Assembly (NCBI GenBank): GCA_951804945.1 | Contig: OX638153.1 | Location: 34,906,001 to 34,970,000 of the forward strand | Source of the DNA: Podarcis cretensis | Taxonomy: Eukaryota | DNA length: 64,000 nucleotides | Reading direction: 5' to 3' | Shown here: positions 1 to 11,706 of the stretch, piece by piece | How the letters are laid out: each line of letters starts with the position of its first letter | Position numbering within the stretch: position 1 is the first letter of the stretch | Notes under the pieces: generated by a model | The model's database searches: none | What the model was told of the DNA's origin: nothing | Seen by the model: the letters and a program-made list of their open reading frames with translations, nothing else | Program-made: the position numbers and the translations under genes

Positions 1-2412
1 AGGTTTGGCTGGCGCTGACTTCAGCATTGTTTCAGTGCTCTGAGACCAGTGTGGTATAGGCCAGGCTATAAATAATTTAAACAAATAAATATCTCTGGCT
101 GATTTTTGAAAAAGAACGTTAAGTTGGGAGTTCTATTTACGGAAAGCCATTATAACCTGTAGTTTGGTCCTCGGATTTTCTCCTGCATACATGTACTATA
201 ATAGGCAGTAGAGGAAAAAATAGTAATTAATAAGGGAATATGAAGAGAATCTTCATATGAACATGCACTTTTATTTTAGGTTTTGAAATCGATTTTAAAG
301 GTCAAATGAAATAAAACAGATACTAAGATATTAATGCAAATTATTCACAAATTCTGTTAGCTGTTTTAACAAATTACTCTTTCAGTACAACAAATTATTG
401 GTTCACTGATAAAATTAGCAAAAAGCTTGTTACCTAAAATCAAGTAGGGGGAGCAAGTAGAGTACTCTTAATGGAATCCATGTGCTTAGAGAACAATGCT
501 TGTTCCCCTGAATTATTCCCCCAGAAGAGTTCAGTTTGTTTATAATGCACTGAGATTTCTTGAATAAATATTATTTCTTTTACCATTTTCTATGTTATAG
601 CTTGAAGGAGTTTTCTGTGAAAAAGATTTCCCAGTGTATAAACACTGAGCCAAATATTTCTTTGCAGCCTGAAGAAAAAACTGGATGTCCCAAATTTATA
701 CCATGAAAGATAATGTGATATTTATGCCATTTAATTAAGTCCTTTGACATTATGGCTTTGGAAGATGTTGCTAAAAAATAATATCCCATGTAGATGTATT
801 TCTCATTAAAGTTACAAAGCAATTTACCTACCTGAATACGAACAGCTTAGTAAATGGAAAAGTTGGCATATAAAGATAAGTAGAAAGTACAGGTGTCTTT
901 TACCTATTCTTGCAACTCAGATGCGGGGAGATAACAATAACTGTACATGCTTCTTTCACAGCTTCTGGCTGCATTTCAAAATCCCAGTTGTGGAATTTGA
1001 TGTCAACTTCTTCCCCATATAAACACTTTCCCACTGAGAAGCTACTTGAAGACTCAGGGAATACATTTCTGAGGCAACCTTTGAAGATGGCAAATGCATC
1101 GGTTGCAGTCCAAAGCTTTCTTGGATTCAGAAAGGTATGTGCAGGTGCCCTTCGGCTTGTTTGTTTCTAAGGAATGTGAGCCTCTTTCATGACATGGAAA
1201 AATATTTGTTGCTTTTTCTCCTTCCACATGAAATCCTTCAATTCAGAGGTTAATGTGTCTGGCTGGTCTGCAAAGTAGAGAAGTTTCTGAGGAAACGGCT
1301 TGTATGTTTCCAGCAGGGCTTACCTTCAATCAGTGGTCTTCCTCCTCTTCCTCATTATGTACAGTTTTCCCCCCATTAGTGGCCAACACTCTCTTGGCTC
1401 ACCTCAATTTCTGTTGCATGAGTTAAGTAAACAGTGTACTAGAAGAAAGCCTCCTTAGAGATCAAGACAGGCACATGATTAAGGCCTGCCACTGCCTTTT
1501 TCTCTCTCTCTCTTCTTCCCTGACCCTTACCCTCTCTGGTGGTCTCTGCCTCCCGTTGTCATGTTCTCTGTCTCTCTTCCAGAGACTGGAATATAGCAAC
1601 TGCATATCCTAGGTGCAAGGAGCCCCAGTGAAATTAATCTCCAGAGCTCCTGCCAATGGATAACACCCATGTGCATTGTACTGAATGGAGTTTCTGTTAA
1701 ACCTTTTCTCTGTGATAGGTCATGTCTAGGACGGAATCAAAAGATCTCTGTCTGTATATTTGTGCATCTTCCATTTCTTTGGACCTAAACTATGTATATT
1801 CATCTTTTATTTGGCCTGTTCCACGTTAGCTCAGTTGCTGCCTTCCCCCCACTCTGAATCTCTGAAAAGCAACATCATACTGACTGACTACTCTATAGAA
1901 AGACAAATAGCAGACATGCATAACGATCTTTAAATGCCATTTACAGATCTGTGTGACAATGTTTTCTAAAGATGCTTCAGGACTCCTGAGTGCAGAAAAG
2001 TGGCATTTGAAAAAATAAAACAGGCTGGCATTTGAGAAATGTGCTTATCTAGAGACCTCTTCCCCAAATATATTTAATAATGTCATTAGGGTCAGTCTGT
2101 ACAAAGAAAGCATATGGGAATCCATTCTTCTTGAAGTATATCCTAGCCTGGGATACAGTTATAACTAAATCTGATTAAAAGATCAAAAGCATTGGCTGGA
2201 AGGAAACAAAGCCCTATTATTGGGGAATCAATGACTTTTCAAATCATGTTAATGAGCTGAATTTCATGTAATTAAATAGGAGGAAAGTCTAGGATCAAAG
2301 TCTAGCTAAGGAAAACAGATGCTCTCTGGATTAACTTGAACAGAATCAGTCAAGAATATGGATTCCCTCCCTTTCCTTCATGTCCTAATTTAAGGCATTC
2401 TCACACATTTAA

Positions 2413-2772
2413 GGGACGCAGGTGGCGCTGTGGGTTAAAGCCTCAGCGCCTAGGACTTGCCGATCGAAAGGTCGGCGGTTCGAATCCCTGCGGCGGGGTG
2501 CGCTCCCGCTGCTCGGTCCCAGCGCCTGCCAACCTAGCAGTTCGAAAGCACCTCCGGGTGCAAGTAGATAAATAGGGACCGCTTACCAGCGGGAAGGTAA
2601 ACGGCGTTTCCGTGTGCGGCTCTGGCTCGCCAGAGCAGCGATGTCACGCTGGCCACGTGACCCGGAAGTGTCTCCGGACAGCGCTGACCCCTGGCCTCTT
2701 AAGTGAGATGGGCGCACAACCCCAGAGTCTGGCAAGACTGGCCCGTACGGGCAGGGGTACCTTTACCTTTAC
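2413..2772 (+). mobile_element. Full-length Sauria SINE (Squam1 type), young copy
   Basis: tRNA-like head with A box (GGTGGCGCTGTGG) and B box (GGTTCGAATCC), and an (ACCTTT)n tail. Perfect 11-bp TSD CACACATTTAA at 2402-2412 and 2773-2783; many CpGs retained. Confidence 0.93.
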
Positions 2773-3376
2773 CACACATTTAAATTTTACAAAGGAGGGG
2801 AAAGTAAGGAAGAAATGGTGGGTGGAGGTTTTCCTTGTATTAATATTTATCTGACAATACAAACAATGGGTGGCATTCAACAGAATTTTACTCAAAGTAG
2901 ACCCACTTAAATTAATATCACCCATTGTTATAGGCATGTTTTCTATTGTGCAATGTGGCTCCTTCATTGAGCTTGGCATGACATCATAGGGGAAAGAAAT
3001 CTATTAACTATCCCAAGTATTTTGAGGTAATTAGAGTGGTCCGAGTGGGAATTGAAAGCTAATTTGTAGTCTTGGGGGAAAACAGTGTGCAACAAGTGAG
3101 CTGAAGGAGAACAGGTTATGTTTGGGTTTGGAGCTAACCCCAGATGTTCAGGGTTTCTAGTTAATAAGCAATTTTGAGGTGTGAGGCTGATGTTGGTTTA
3201 GGAATAGCACTGCCTTCTTGAGTGTTTGCTTGCTGCTTGCTCTACTTGTAAATAAAGTGATGAAGCCAATATCATGTTAGGCTCCCAAATGACTTTCAGG
3301 GTTATGAATGAGTTGTTTCAAAAGAGTTCACAGAATACAATTTTGATCATTATTTAATATGATCAAGGTAGTTTTT

Positions 3377-3615
3377 GAGCCAGTGTGGTGTAGTGGTTAA
3401 GAGCGGTAGTCTTGTAATCTGGGGAACCAGGTTCGCGTCTCCGCTCCTCCACATGCAGCTGCTGGGTGACCTTGGGCCAGTCACACTTCTCTGAAGTCTC
3501 TCAGCCCCACTCACCTCATGGAGTGTTTGTTGTGGGGGAGGAAGGGAAAGGAGAATGTTAGCCGCTTTGAGACTCCTTAAAGGGAGTGAAAGACGGAATA
3601 TCAAATCCAAACTCT
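3377..3615 (+). mobile_element. Squam3-type tRNA-derived SINE
   Basis: Starts GAGCCAGTGTGGTGTAGTGGTTAAGAGC, has B box GGTTCGCGTCTCC, core GGGTGACCTTGGGCCAGTCAC and 3' end AGCCGCTTTGAGACTCC...CCAAACTCT. This matches the recalled Squam3 consensus. Confidence 0.85.
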
Positions 3616-5159
3616 AAAAGAGTAGCAGATTGACTGCTGTTATACGCAACTCAATCTAATCTCTGAATTGATAAAACAAATTACAGAAAACAAGGGACTA
3701 AGATTTTGAAAAGGCCACACCACACTCAGGGGCTAAGTAGTATATTTCTGCATTAAGAGAATCACTTGTCCACTCCACAAGGCCTGCAATTTATTTCACG
3801 TCCTCCCCCAATTCATTGCCATTGGTGACCTTCCAGAGCCAGAAGCTAAAGGTCACCCTTCTTCAATTTCCATCTTCAGTATGGCTATCTCAAATTAGAA
3901 TTCCCAGTCCTATGCAGGTATATGCGGACGTAAGCCTCAATTGTGTTTTATGGGGTTACTCTCTCAATAAGAGTACAGAGACATGGTTTTTCTGCAATAA
4001 AAGATAAAGCTGTTCTGGAAAGCAACAGAAAGTAATTCTTGCCTGACTTTAGTGTGCCACACATGCACACATCACAAAGCCTGCCAGTTTGTTCTCAGAT
4101 ACCTAGGTAGGGTGGGATTCTTTTCCCCAATCCATACAACAAAAATGAAATGAAATGTAATTGGTTTGATCAAATAAAATGCCTCCCAATTGTTCTAAAA
4201 CTATAGAGGACACCTTAAAAAGCTAGGAAAAATAATAATAGAATATACAGGAGTGAAGGAGCTTTCAAGGGATGAGAAAATTGGGGTGTGTATGGAGGTG
4301 TTAGGGCCTGCACAAAATGAGGTTGGGGGTCCATGTGGCCCCCCAGTCACTGGTGGCCCACTTGTGCTTTGAGAGGAATAAACACAGGCAGAGGTCATCT
4401 GGTGTCAGCTTCTTGCCCCAATGAAGGGACAATGTGGTCACTAATATACTAGTCAGGGGAAACAGAACAGCCCTTTGCCTTTCATTTGATATCTCCAGTT
4501 CAGCACACAAAAAGAAACTGTGTTTCATTCCTTTGCTTGTAAATTGAGAGCATAATTCTGCGGAAGGTTAAACAAACTTTTTTTTTAGACATAACAAGAA
4601 GAACTGTGTTAAACTATAACATGCTTTTCTAAATTAGTCTGTATTCCTCTGTGATTTTGTGCTTGGAAACATATTTGAAAAATGTCAAATCTTTCACAAG
4701 TGCACAATGGCATTAATGATGGAACTTAAACCTTTTTGTAATTATTTTGCAGCAGCAGGGCAATACACCAACAGGAACAAAAGAATTTTGTGTTCAAAGT
4801 ATTGCCAAGTCTCTTACATAGGACCTTCTTCTGCAAAAATGTCAAGCTGTTAATTTATTTCTTGGAGACGAGTGAAACCTTTAGCTCACAGGATGTGGCT
4901 CTTTGTCTAGCTGAAAGGCAGGTATCCTACACAAATGGCCTCACGCAACATTACAACACTGGAATGAAATAAATGGCACTCTATTAGAATTAAAAATGAA
5001 GTCAGTGGCATTCAGTGCAAATACATCATTCACAGCATAATGCGTCAAAGTACCTAATAAAACCACTTGTGAAGATCTTAATCTTGGAACTTTATTTTCA
5101 TCTTGAGATTGTCCTATTTGAGTGATTTTACGCCAGATATGTGGACACCAATGTTTGCA

Positions 5160-5350
5160 GAGCTAAAGGCTTGCTGATACATAATTTGCTTGCAATCTAC
5201 AGAAGATCCCATGTTGGGCTCTTAGCATCTCTAATTAAAAGATCTTGGAAGAGATCTGAGAGTCTGGAAAACCCATACAAACCAGACTAAAAGTACTGGG
5301 CTATACAGACCAGTGTTCTGAATCTATATAAGATGACTTCCTATTTCCAA
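5160..5350 (+). mobile_element. Degenerate tRNA-headed SINE with CR1-like tail
   Basis: Remnant CAGAAGATCCCATGTT head and GACCAGTGTTCTGAATC...CTTCCTATTTCC tail. A related head fragment lies at about 14184-14250. Confidence 0.45.
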
Positions 5351-5491
5351 CTCCATAAAACGTAAGGAATGTAAGTTTGCCAACAGGGACACACAGTGGA
5401 TTTTTACCAGCAAGCCCAGTACCAACCATGGTTCTTATGGTCCACCACATGTGCCCAAGTATTTGGAGATATCTGTCTGTCTTGTATAATA

Positions 5492-5531
<40 letters not shown>

Positions 5532-5970
5532 TATCCCGCCCTCCCCAGCCGAAGCCAGGCTCAGAGTGGCTAACAACAATAAAAGTGACACAGCATTCTA
5601 AAATCAATTCATTTTAAAATCAATTCAAAATCAAATTAATGGCAACCATTGGGCTAGAGTTCTGTGAGGAATTACCAAAGGAGGGGGTCAAACTATGCCT
5701 TGGCCAAAGGCCTGGTGGAACAGTTCTGTCTTGCAGGCCCTGCGGAAAGATGTCAAGTCCCACAGGTCCTAGTCTCCTGTGACAGGGCATTCCACCAGAT
5801 CGGGGCCACAGCCAAAAAAGGCCCGGCTCTGGTTGAGGCCAGCCTAACCTCCCTGTGGCCCAGGACCTCCAAGATGTTTTTGTTTAAAGACCGTAAGGTC
5901 CTCCGTGGGACATACCAGGAGAGGCAGTCCTGTAGGTATGAGGGTCCTAGGCCATATAGGGCTTTAAATG
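5492..5970 (-). mobile_element. L2-clade LINE 3' fragment with (TTA)n tail
   Basis: Minus-strand translation FKALYGLGPSYLQDCLSWYVPRRTLRS...RLASTRAGPFLAVAPIWWNAL resembles the L2 ORF2 C-terminus. It is followed by a 3' UTR and a tail, seen as (AAT)13 at 5492-5530. Confidence 0.85.
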
Positions 5971-7408
5971 TACCTAGATGCAGAGCCCCACCCCCACCTC
6001 CAGGACCCTGGCCAACTATGGGAGTAGGAGAAATGGAAACAGCCACCCACCCTGGAACCTGGTGAGCAGCCATTTCCTGCACACTTCATGGTATTTGGTA
6101 TTGCTTACCAAATACCATGCACTTACTATGTAAAGTAAGACCTAGGTTTGGTCTAGGTTGCCACTATGAAGCGTAGAGCTCCTTGAAAAGTAAACAATTT
6201 TTCCTTTAGAATTACTTCTTGAGGTAAATTAGCCCTTTCTGTGACACACACACATTCCTATGTGGTTGTCGATCAATTTAGACACTTGCACTCAGCTAAT
6301 AAGCTTAAAATAGTACTTTCTTTCTCTCTGTATACTGATTTAATAGTATACATTTACTATGCATGTTTGCTGAAAAGTAAGCCCCAACATGGCTTCTTCC
6401 CAAGAAAGGGCGCACAGGTTTTTAATGCATTGGGAAATAAGTTTTTTCCCCCCATTCTACAACTTTTGTTAAATGTTATTTGTAATCATTAAGCATTTCA
6501 AACAAATTTGACCACTTTGCAAAGGCTTTTCTGTTCTGCAAGGCTACAATGACAGAAATATCTTTGTTTCTTTGACATTATGTCAAAGAACTCTTAATTA
6601 CAATTACACTGCCATTCAATTCATGGCCCAAGGAACAGGAAAACCATCTGATACGTAGCCAAGAGGAACAGTTGATGGAAGAGAGAACAAGTTGCTTAAA
6701 ATAAAAATTTCAAAGATGGCTGTGTTTATCTGCAGATACATGATGTTATGCAAGCCTGAATTATGATGATTTCACTTTTGTCATACTTGTCAAGAATATA
6801 CCACTTGCGTAGTTTACCATTTAAATACTAGCCTCCCATTGTCATGTCTAACCATTTTGATGCAAATGTTTAAAACTCCTAAATGTGTGCTTTTAAGAAG
6901 TTTCCCAAGAGCTGAATTTAAAAGAAATCAAGGCCCTTTTCTGCGAGGGTGCTAAGTGAACCACACAATAATAGATGTTTCTTGATATCATATTCCCTGG
7001 TTCTGCTACTATTTAAACTATGAAGGTTATAACAGAACTTGGCAGTACAACATCCATTCCACAAACTCACAAAGTGTTCCAGAAAATCTTCACAGTTACA
7101 TTTATTTTTCTGGTAAACAGCCATGAGTGTAAAAGAAGGAACAGGGAACTGAACTCATATGTACAAAGTTAGCATGGTGATGGTCAGTAATAAATGATAA
7201 TGCCATGCATTTAAAGGTTTACTGATTTACATGTGTTTATCTTTCACCCTGTCATAAGTGCTCCATGCAGATAACAGCTTTATATCCCTGAATATATTTC
7301 TTAGTCTCAAAGTGCTGTAGCCCTTTCCACATTTACTTGGGAGGTTCACTGCACTCAGTGGGACTTACCTCAGAGTGAACAGGTATAGTCATGAACTTAT
7401 GATTCCCT

Positions 7409-7538
7409 TGTTGTTGTTGTTATTTAGTATTAGTATTATTAGTATACCACCTTGCATCTGAAGATGCAACACAAAACATAAAACGAGAATACAAAATACA
7501 AAACAAATAAGCAAAAAACCAACAAGAAGAAAAACCCA
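7409..7538 (-). mobile_element. L2 3' UTR/tail remnant
   Basis: The reverse complement resembles the L2 tails at 55330-55490 and 62270-62408 (T-rich tract, CTTCAGATG..AGG, AATAA repeats). Confidence 0.55.
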
Positions 7539-7546
7539 CATTGGGC

Positions 7547-7889
7547 CAGGGCCAGGGGCAGAGGAAGGTGTGTGTGGTGGGGGCGGGCCATCCCAGGTGT
7601 CACCACTGAGGGGGAGATGACAAAATGCCGGGTGGCACTCACCACGGGGCCTGCAGCACGCCTGAGCCATGCATTTCTCCTGGGAGAGACGTGGTGGTTT
7701 TGGCGCACGCAGGCTCCACGCTGCCCAAACAGTCCACCCACTGCCTCCCCCCAGCTGAGTGGGAGGAGGCAGGTAGACTTCTCAGAGGCCCTGCAGAACA
7801 TCCTACATCGGCTCACCCCACCCCTGCGGGCGTCTGCCCCCCCCACCCCCGTGCCGCCCCAGGCGCCTGATCGGCTTGCTCCACCACAG
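7547..7889. mobile_element. Non-autonomous hAT-like DNA transposon (GC-rich MITE)
   Basis: Flanked by direct repeat CATTGGGC (7539-7546 and 7890-7897). Imperfect TIRs CAGGGGCAGAGGAAG / CTTGCTCCACCACAG. Confidence 0.75.
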
Positions 7890-8794
7890 CATTGGGCCAC
7901 ATACCCAACTGGCAATACCTGCCTAAGGTAGGCAGACATCTCTCACAGTAATGCTTTTAGCTGACAAAGCTGTGGGTTGAACACATTCCCTTTTGAGTGA
8001 AATGTATGTTCTCTAGCACTACGCTATGACTCAAACATTCTTGGTTTTCTCCTTTCTGTTACTTTCTTTTAAAAGATAATAAATTAAATCACCTTATTTA
8101 TTTTTAAGTCAGATTCATCTTGACACTAGGATGTGAATATTTTCCTCCAAAGCTACCCTATTGCATCACAAATCATTCCCTCTCCTTCCCAACATACTAT
8201 AGCTATAATCGTGAAGATGATTCCAAAATATCTAGCACAGCCACCAAAAATACCTCTGATTAGGTGCTGTCCCCTTTGACAGTTAAATTATGGCCCTTGA
8301 ATTCAAGACTGGGAGAATGAATGTGTTTTAATTAAGCGACAAAGGCTCATCAGTGACAGAGCCATTTATACCTCCAGGGGGATGGAGTTCCAGAGTCAGG
8401 GCACAAGGATCGAGGCAGCCCTGTTTCTATGTACATATAACAGTGAGAAAAGTATCCAGATGATAACAGAAAATGACATTAGAACAACCCCTTCTATGCA
8501 TGCAAAGGTTAAGAACAATATGTATTCCATTTGGAAGGCCATGCTCAGATTTCTTGTTTACTTAAAAACAACATGTGACCACGCTTATTAATAGCACTGT
8601 CGTTGTATTTTTAAACACTGTGGGCACAATGCACCAAGCAGCGCTCCTGCTTGTTCCAGCTGAGCTTATTCAGGAGCCTCATGCAAACACCTATGAAGTG
8701 AACTGAGGCCAGTTGCAGTTTGGCAGACTGGAATTTCCTGTCCGCAGGACAGAAAGACAGAATATGCTCTTTGAGAGGCTTTGTCAATGAAGTG

Positions 8795-8796
8795 GT

Positions 8797-8852
<56 letters not shown>
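8795..8852. repeat. Compound (GT)n(GA)n microsatellite
   Basis: Directly visible. Confidence 0.98.
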
Positions 8853-8860
<8 letters not shown>

Positions 8861-10417
8861 TGAGGAGCGAAAGTAATTGGGATGCAATCATTTTTCCTTG
8901 TGCTGTCTATTCATGTTTTCTTGTCCTCTTTTCAGAAACATACTTGTTCTACAGAAAGCAAATGAACGGTGGAATTTAGTCATTTACTCCTGTACAATGA
9001 ATTGTTAATGAGTATACTCTTAATGTAAAATACTGTTCTCAAGCGTGTCAAGACTGTGCCAGTTAACTGGTGTGTGAGCGCTTTTGTGTGGGAAGTTGGA
9101 GGCTAATGAGTGGAGGGTGTTTGATTCCTCAGAAGTTGGGCTAGATGTCCAATTGGTTCTTTCTAATACAGCGTATTTTAAGAAAATACAAAAATAATCT
9201 TCTAGTACTTACAAGATGAAATAATCTTCTAGAACCCTGTAAGATTCATTGTGGAATAGGATTTGTGTACCATTCATCAGAATCCTTTTCCTTAAGGTTC
9301 CACTAAATTATTTTCTGTGTTTACTATAATCTTTCTGTAAGACTTCAAGTACCATTCCCAGCTCTATAAATACTGAAAAGGTTGTGCTGAGTAACTTTTC
9401 CCCACATCTTCATTTGCATTCTCTCCCTTCACATACTTTAATTGCTCCCATTTCCAGCTTCCTTGGAGATCAGTCTTAGGGTTGGGCACAAAGCACAGCC
9501 AATGTTTCCCTACTTGCTTCAAAACCAGCCCTTTATACCTTAGGCAACCCTCACAAGTGGGAGCAAATCCTTCTGGGATGCATTAGCACTCAAATAATTA
9601 GAATGGAAAAAGGTGGCTGGGGAGGGGAGAGAGAGATGATAAGCTGAAGACAGGGATGCAGCAAAATTAAAATACAGTAAACTGTAAGAAACAGACATGT
9701 TATTTTGCTCCATTAAATGCTGGAGCAATCTCAGGCCAGGGAAGCAAGTGAGAAGGCTCTTAATTTCTATTTAGAAATCTCCTGTGTTATAAAGGATTGC
9801 CTGGGTCTATCTCATAGGCAACTGAAAGACTAGAAATGGTACAGTAAAATCTATGAAGATCAACCACTTCTGTATTACCTGAATGTTTCCATAGGTTGTA
9901 ATCAAACTATTTATTCCGAAAGAGAGCTACTAAGAGTTCACCTAATTAGATTCACACAAGGGGCTATTGGGGAAGGTGGCGGTGAAGCTTTTTCCCCATG
10001 AAATTCCTTGAGTTAGCTTATTTTGGGCAATTCTCTCCTTCCCTAGCAGTACATTACTTCTCATTTCCCATTTCTCAGGAGGCTTTTTGGGGTGGAGCAC
10101 AAGTAGCTGCAGGGGAAAAGAAGGGGACAAGGAACTTTATTTCCATGAACTTCATTTGTTACATTATTAGGTAAGTTTTTTAAGGTGGTTGTAGCCACTT
10201 GTCCTGGTTTTATCCTTAAAATTATTTTTCTGCACTTCAGGTATTAAAGGTGAGTGCTTTTCCTATCCCTTCTATAACTCCACTGCCACCATTTAGTTGC
10301 AAATAATTCCAGTATTCACCTTTTCCCCAATATAATGGCTGTATTTAGGAATACAATATGATACAATATTATTGACAAGTAAAATGTAACATCTTTGGTA
10401 GTTATTTGCTTTAAGAT

Positions 10418-11180
10418 GTAATACATACTTTAAAGAGAAGACTATTGGCTTGTTCTTGTTCTCTTTCCTAATCTAAAGTAACAGCCAGTTGCCTTTATGC
10501 TTCTCCTCCCTCAGTTAATTCACAGAGAGGAGTTCATCCAAAGTCTTCCTTCTGCTCAGGGATTCATTCACCCAGTAAACCTACAGAATTCACCAGGGTC
10601 TTTACCCAAAGTCTTCTTTCTGGTCAGATTCATTGCTTCCTGAAGAAAACTGCCCCCAGCTGACTATTAGCTCTTCTGCAGAATTGCTGGATGACACTGA
10701 CTGACTGACTGACTGACCCCCCAATAGTGCTGCCCCAGTGCTCCCCAGTCTGAAGGCTCTCTCACCTGCTAAACTGTCTCTGGTGGTTTCCCTTGGTGGC
10801 AGCAGCTCCTGCTCCTCTTATCTGAAGCCTAGGGTGGGAGTCTTTTTAGAATAAAGTTATAAACTCAAACAAAAAAAGCAACTGGTCCCTGGCAGGACCT
10901 CCTGGCTGTCTTAGCCCACTGAGGCCTGGGACAACTGTACCTGGCTGCTCTCACCCTCAGCACAGGCCTGCTCTCAAGCTGTCTCTTACCTCTTCTTTAG
11001 TGCCCCAACAAATCACATCAAGTCTCCTATAGACCAGCCAACTGATTTAATGGCTGCTAAATGGAGCCTACCCTTTTATTCTCTCCAGAGCCCTCCAATC
11101 AATCACCAGGTTCTTATTGAAAATCGAAAACCTTGTTGGCCTGTAACTGTGAACCAATTGGTTTCAGTGAGATGTCTACA
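10418..11180. mobile_element. Possible degenerate solo LTR
   Basis: Compositionally distinct C/T-rich block bounded by TGTA...TACA. It has an internal duplicated CCAAAGTCTTC, a (CTGA)n run and TATA/CCAAT-like motifs near 11070-11100, but no clean TSD. Confidence 0.3.
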
Positions 11181-11366
11181 AAATGACCTTTTAAACTGTA
11201 CCCCATCATTTAAAAGCTAAATTCCACAGCCATTCTCACTAAAAACCTCACAAGTTACCTAGGGTGGATCTAAACACAGGGAAAAAACTGCTATAAAATC
11301 ATTACAGCAAAAGATGTAAAAATGCTATAAGAAGGTTATGTGCTCTCTGGTGCCATCTGGTATTTA

Positions 11367-11706
11367 TGTTGTTGTTGTTTAGTCGTGTCTGACTCTTCAT
11401 GACCCCATGGACCAGAGCATGCCTCCCGCAGTTTCGTCAAACTCATGCTGGTGGCTTCGAGAACACTATCCAACCATCTCATCCTCTGTTGTCCCCTTCT
11501 CCTTGTGCCCTCCATCTTTCCCAACATCAGGGTCTTTTCCAGGGAGTCTTCTCTTCTCATGAGGTGGCCAAAGTATTGGAGCCTCAGCTTCAGGATCTGT
11601 CCTTCCAGTGGGCACTCAGGGCTGATTTCCTTAAGAATGGATAGGTTTGATCTTCTTGCAGTCCATGGGACTCTCAAGAGTCTCCTCCAGCACCATAATT
11701 CAAAAG
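11367..11706 (-). mobile_element. BovB (RTE-clade) LINE 3' fragment
   Basis: Translation FELWCWRRLLRVPWTARRSNLSILKEISPECPLEGQILKLRLQYFGHLMRREDSLEKTLMLGKMEG is the characteristic BovB C-terminus, followed by a (CAA)n tail. Confidence 0.95.

Noticed and set aside
2413-2490. tRNA gene (also at 3377 and 39900)
   Set aside because: The A/B boxes belong to SINE heads. There is no complete cloverleaf or T-run terminator.
7439-7939. 166-aa and 119-aa overlapping ORFs
   Set aside because: They coincide with a GC-rich hAT MITE, where low stop-codon density explains their length. No protein similarity.
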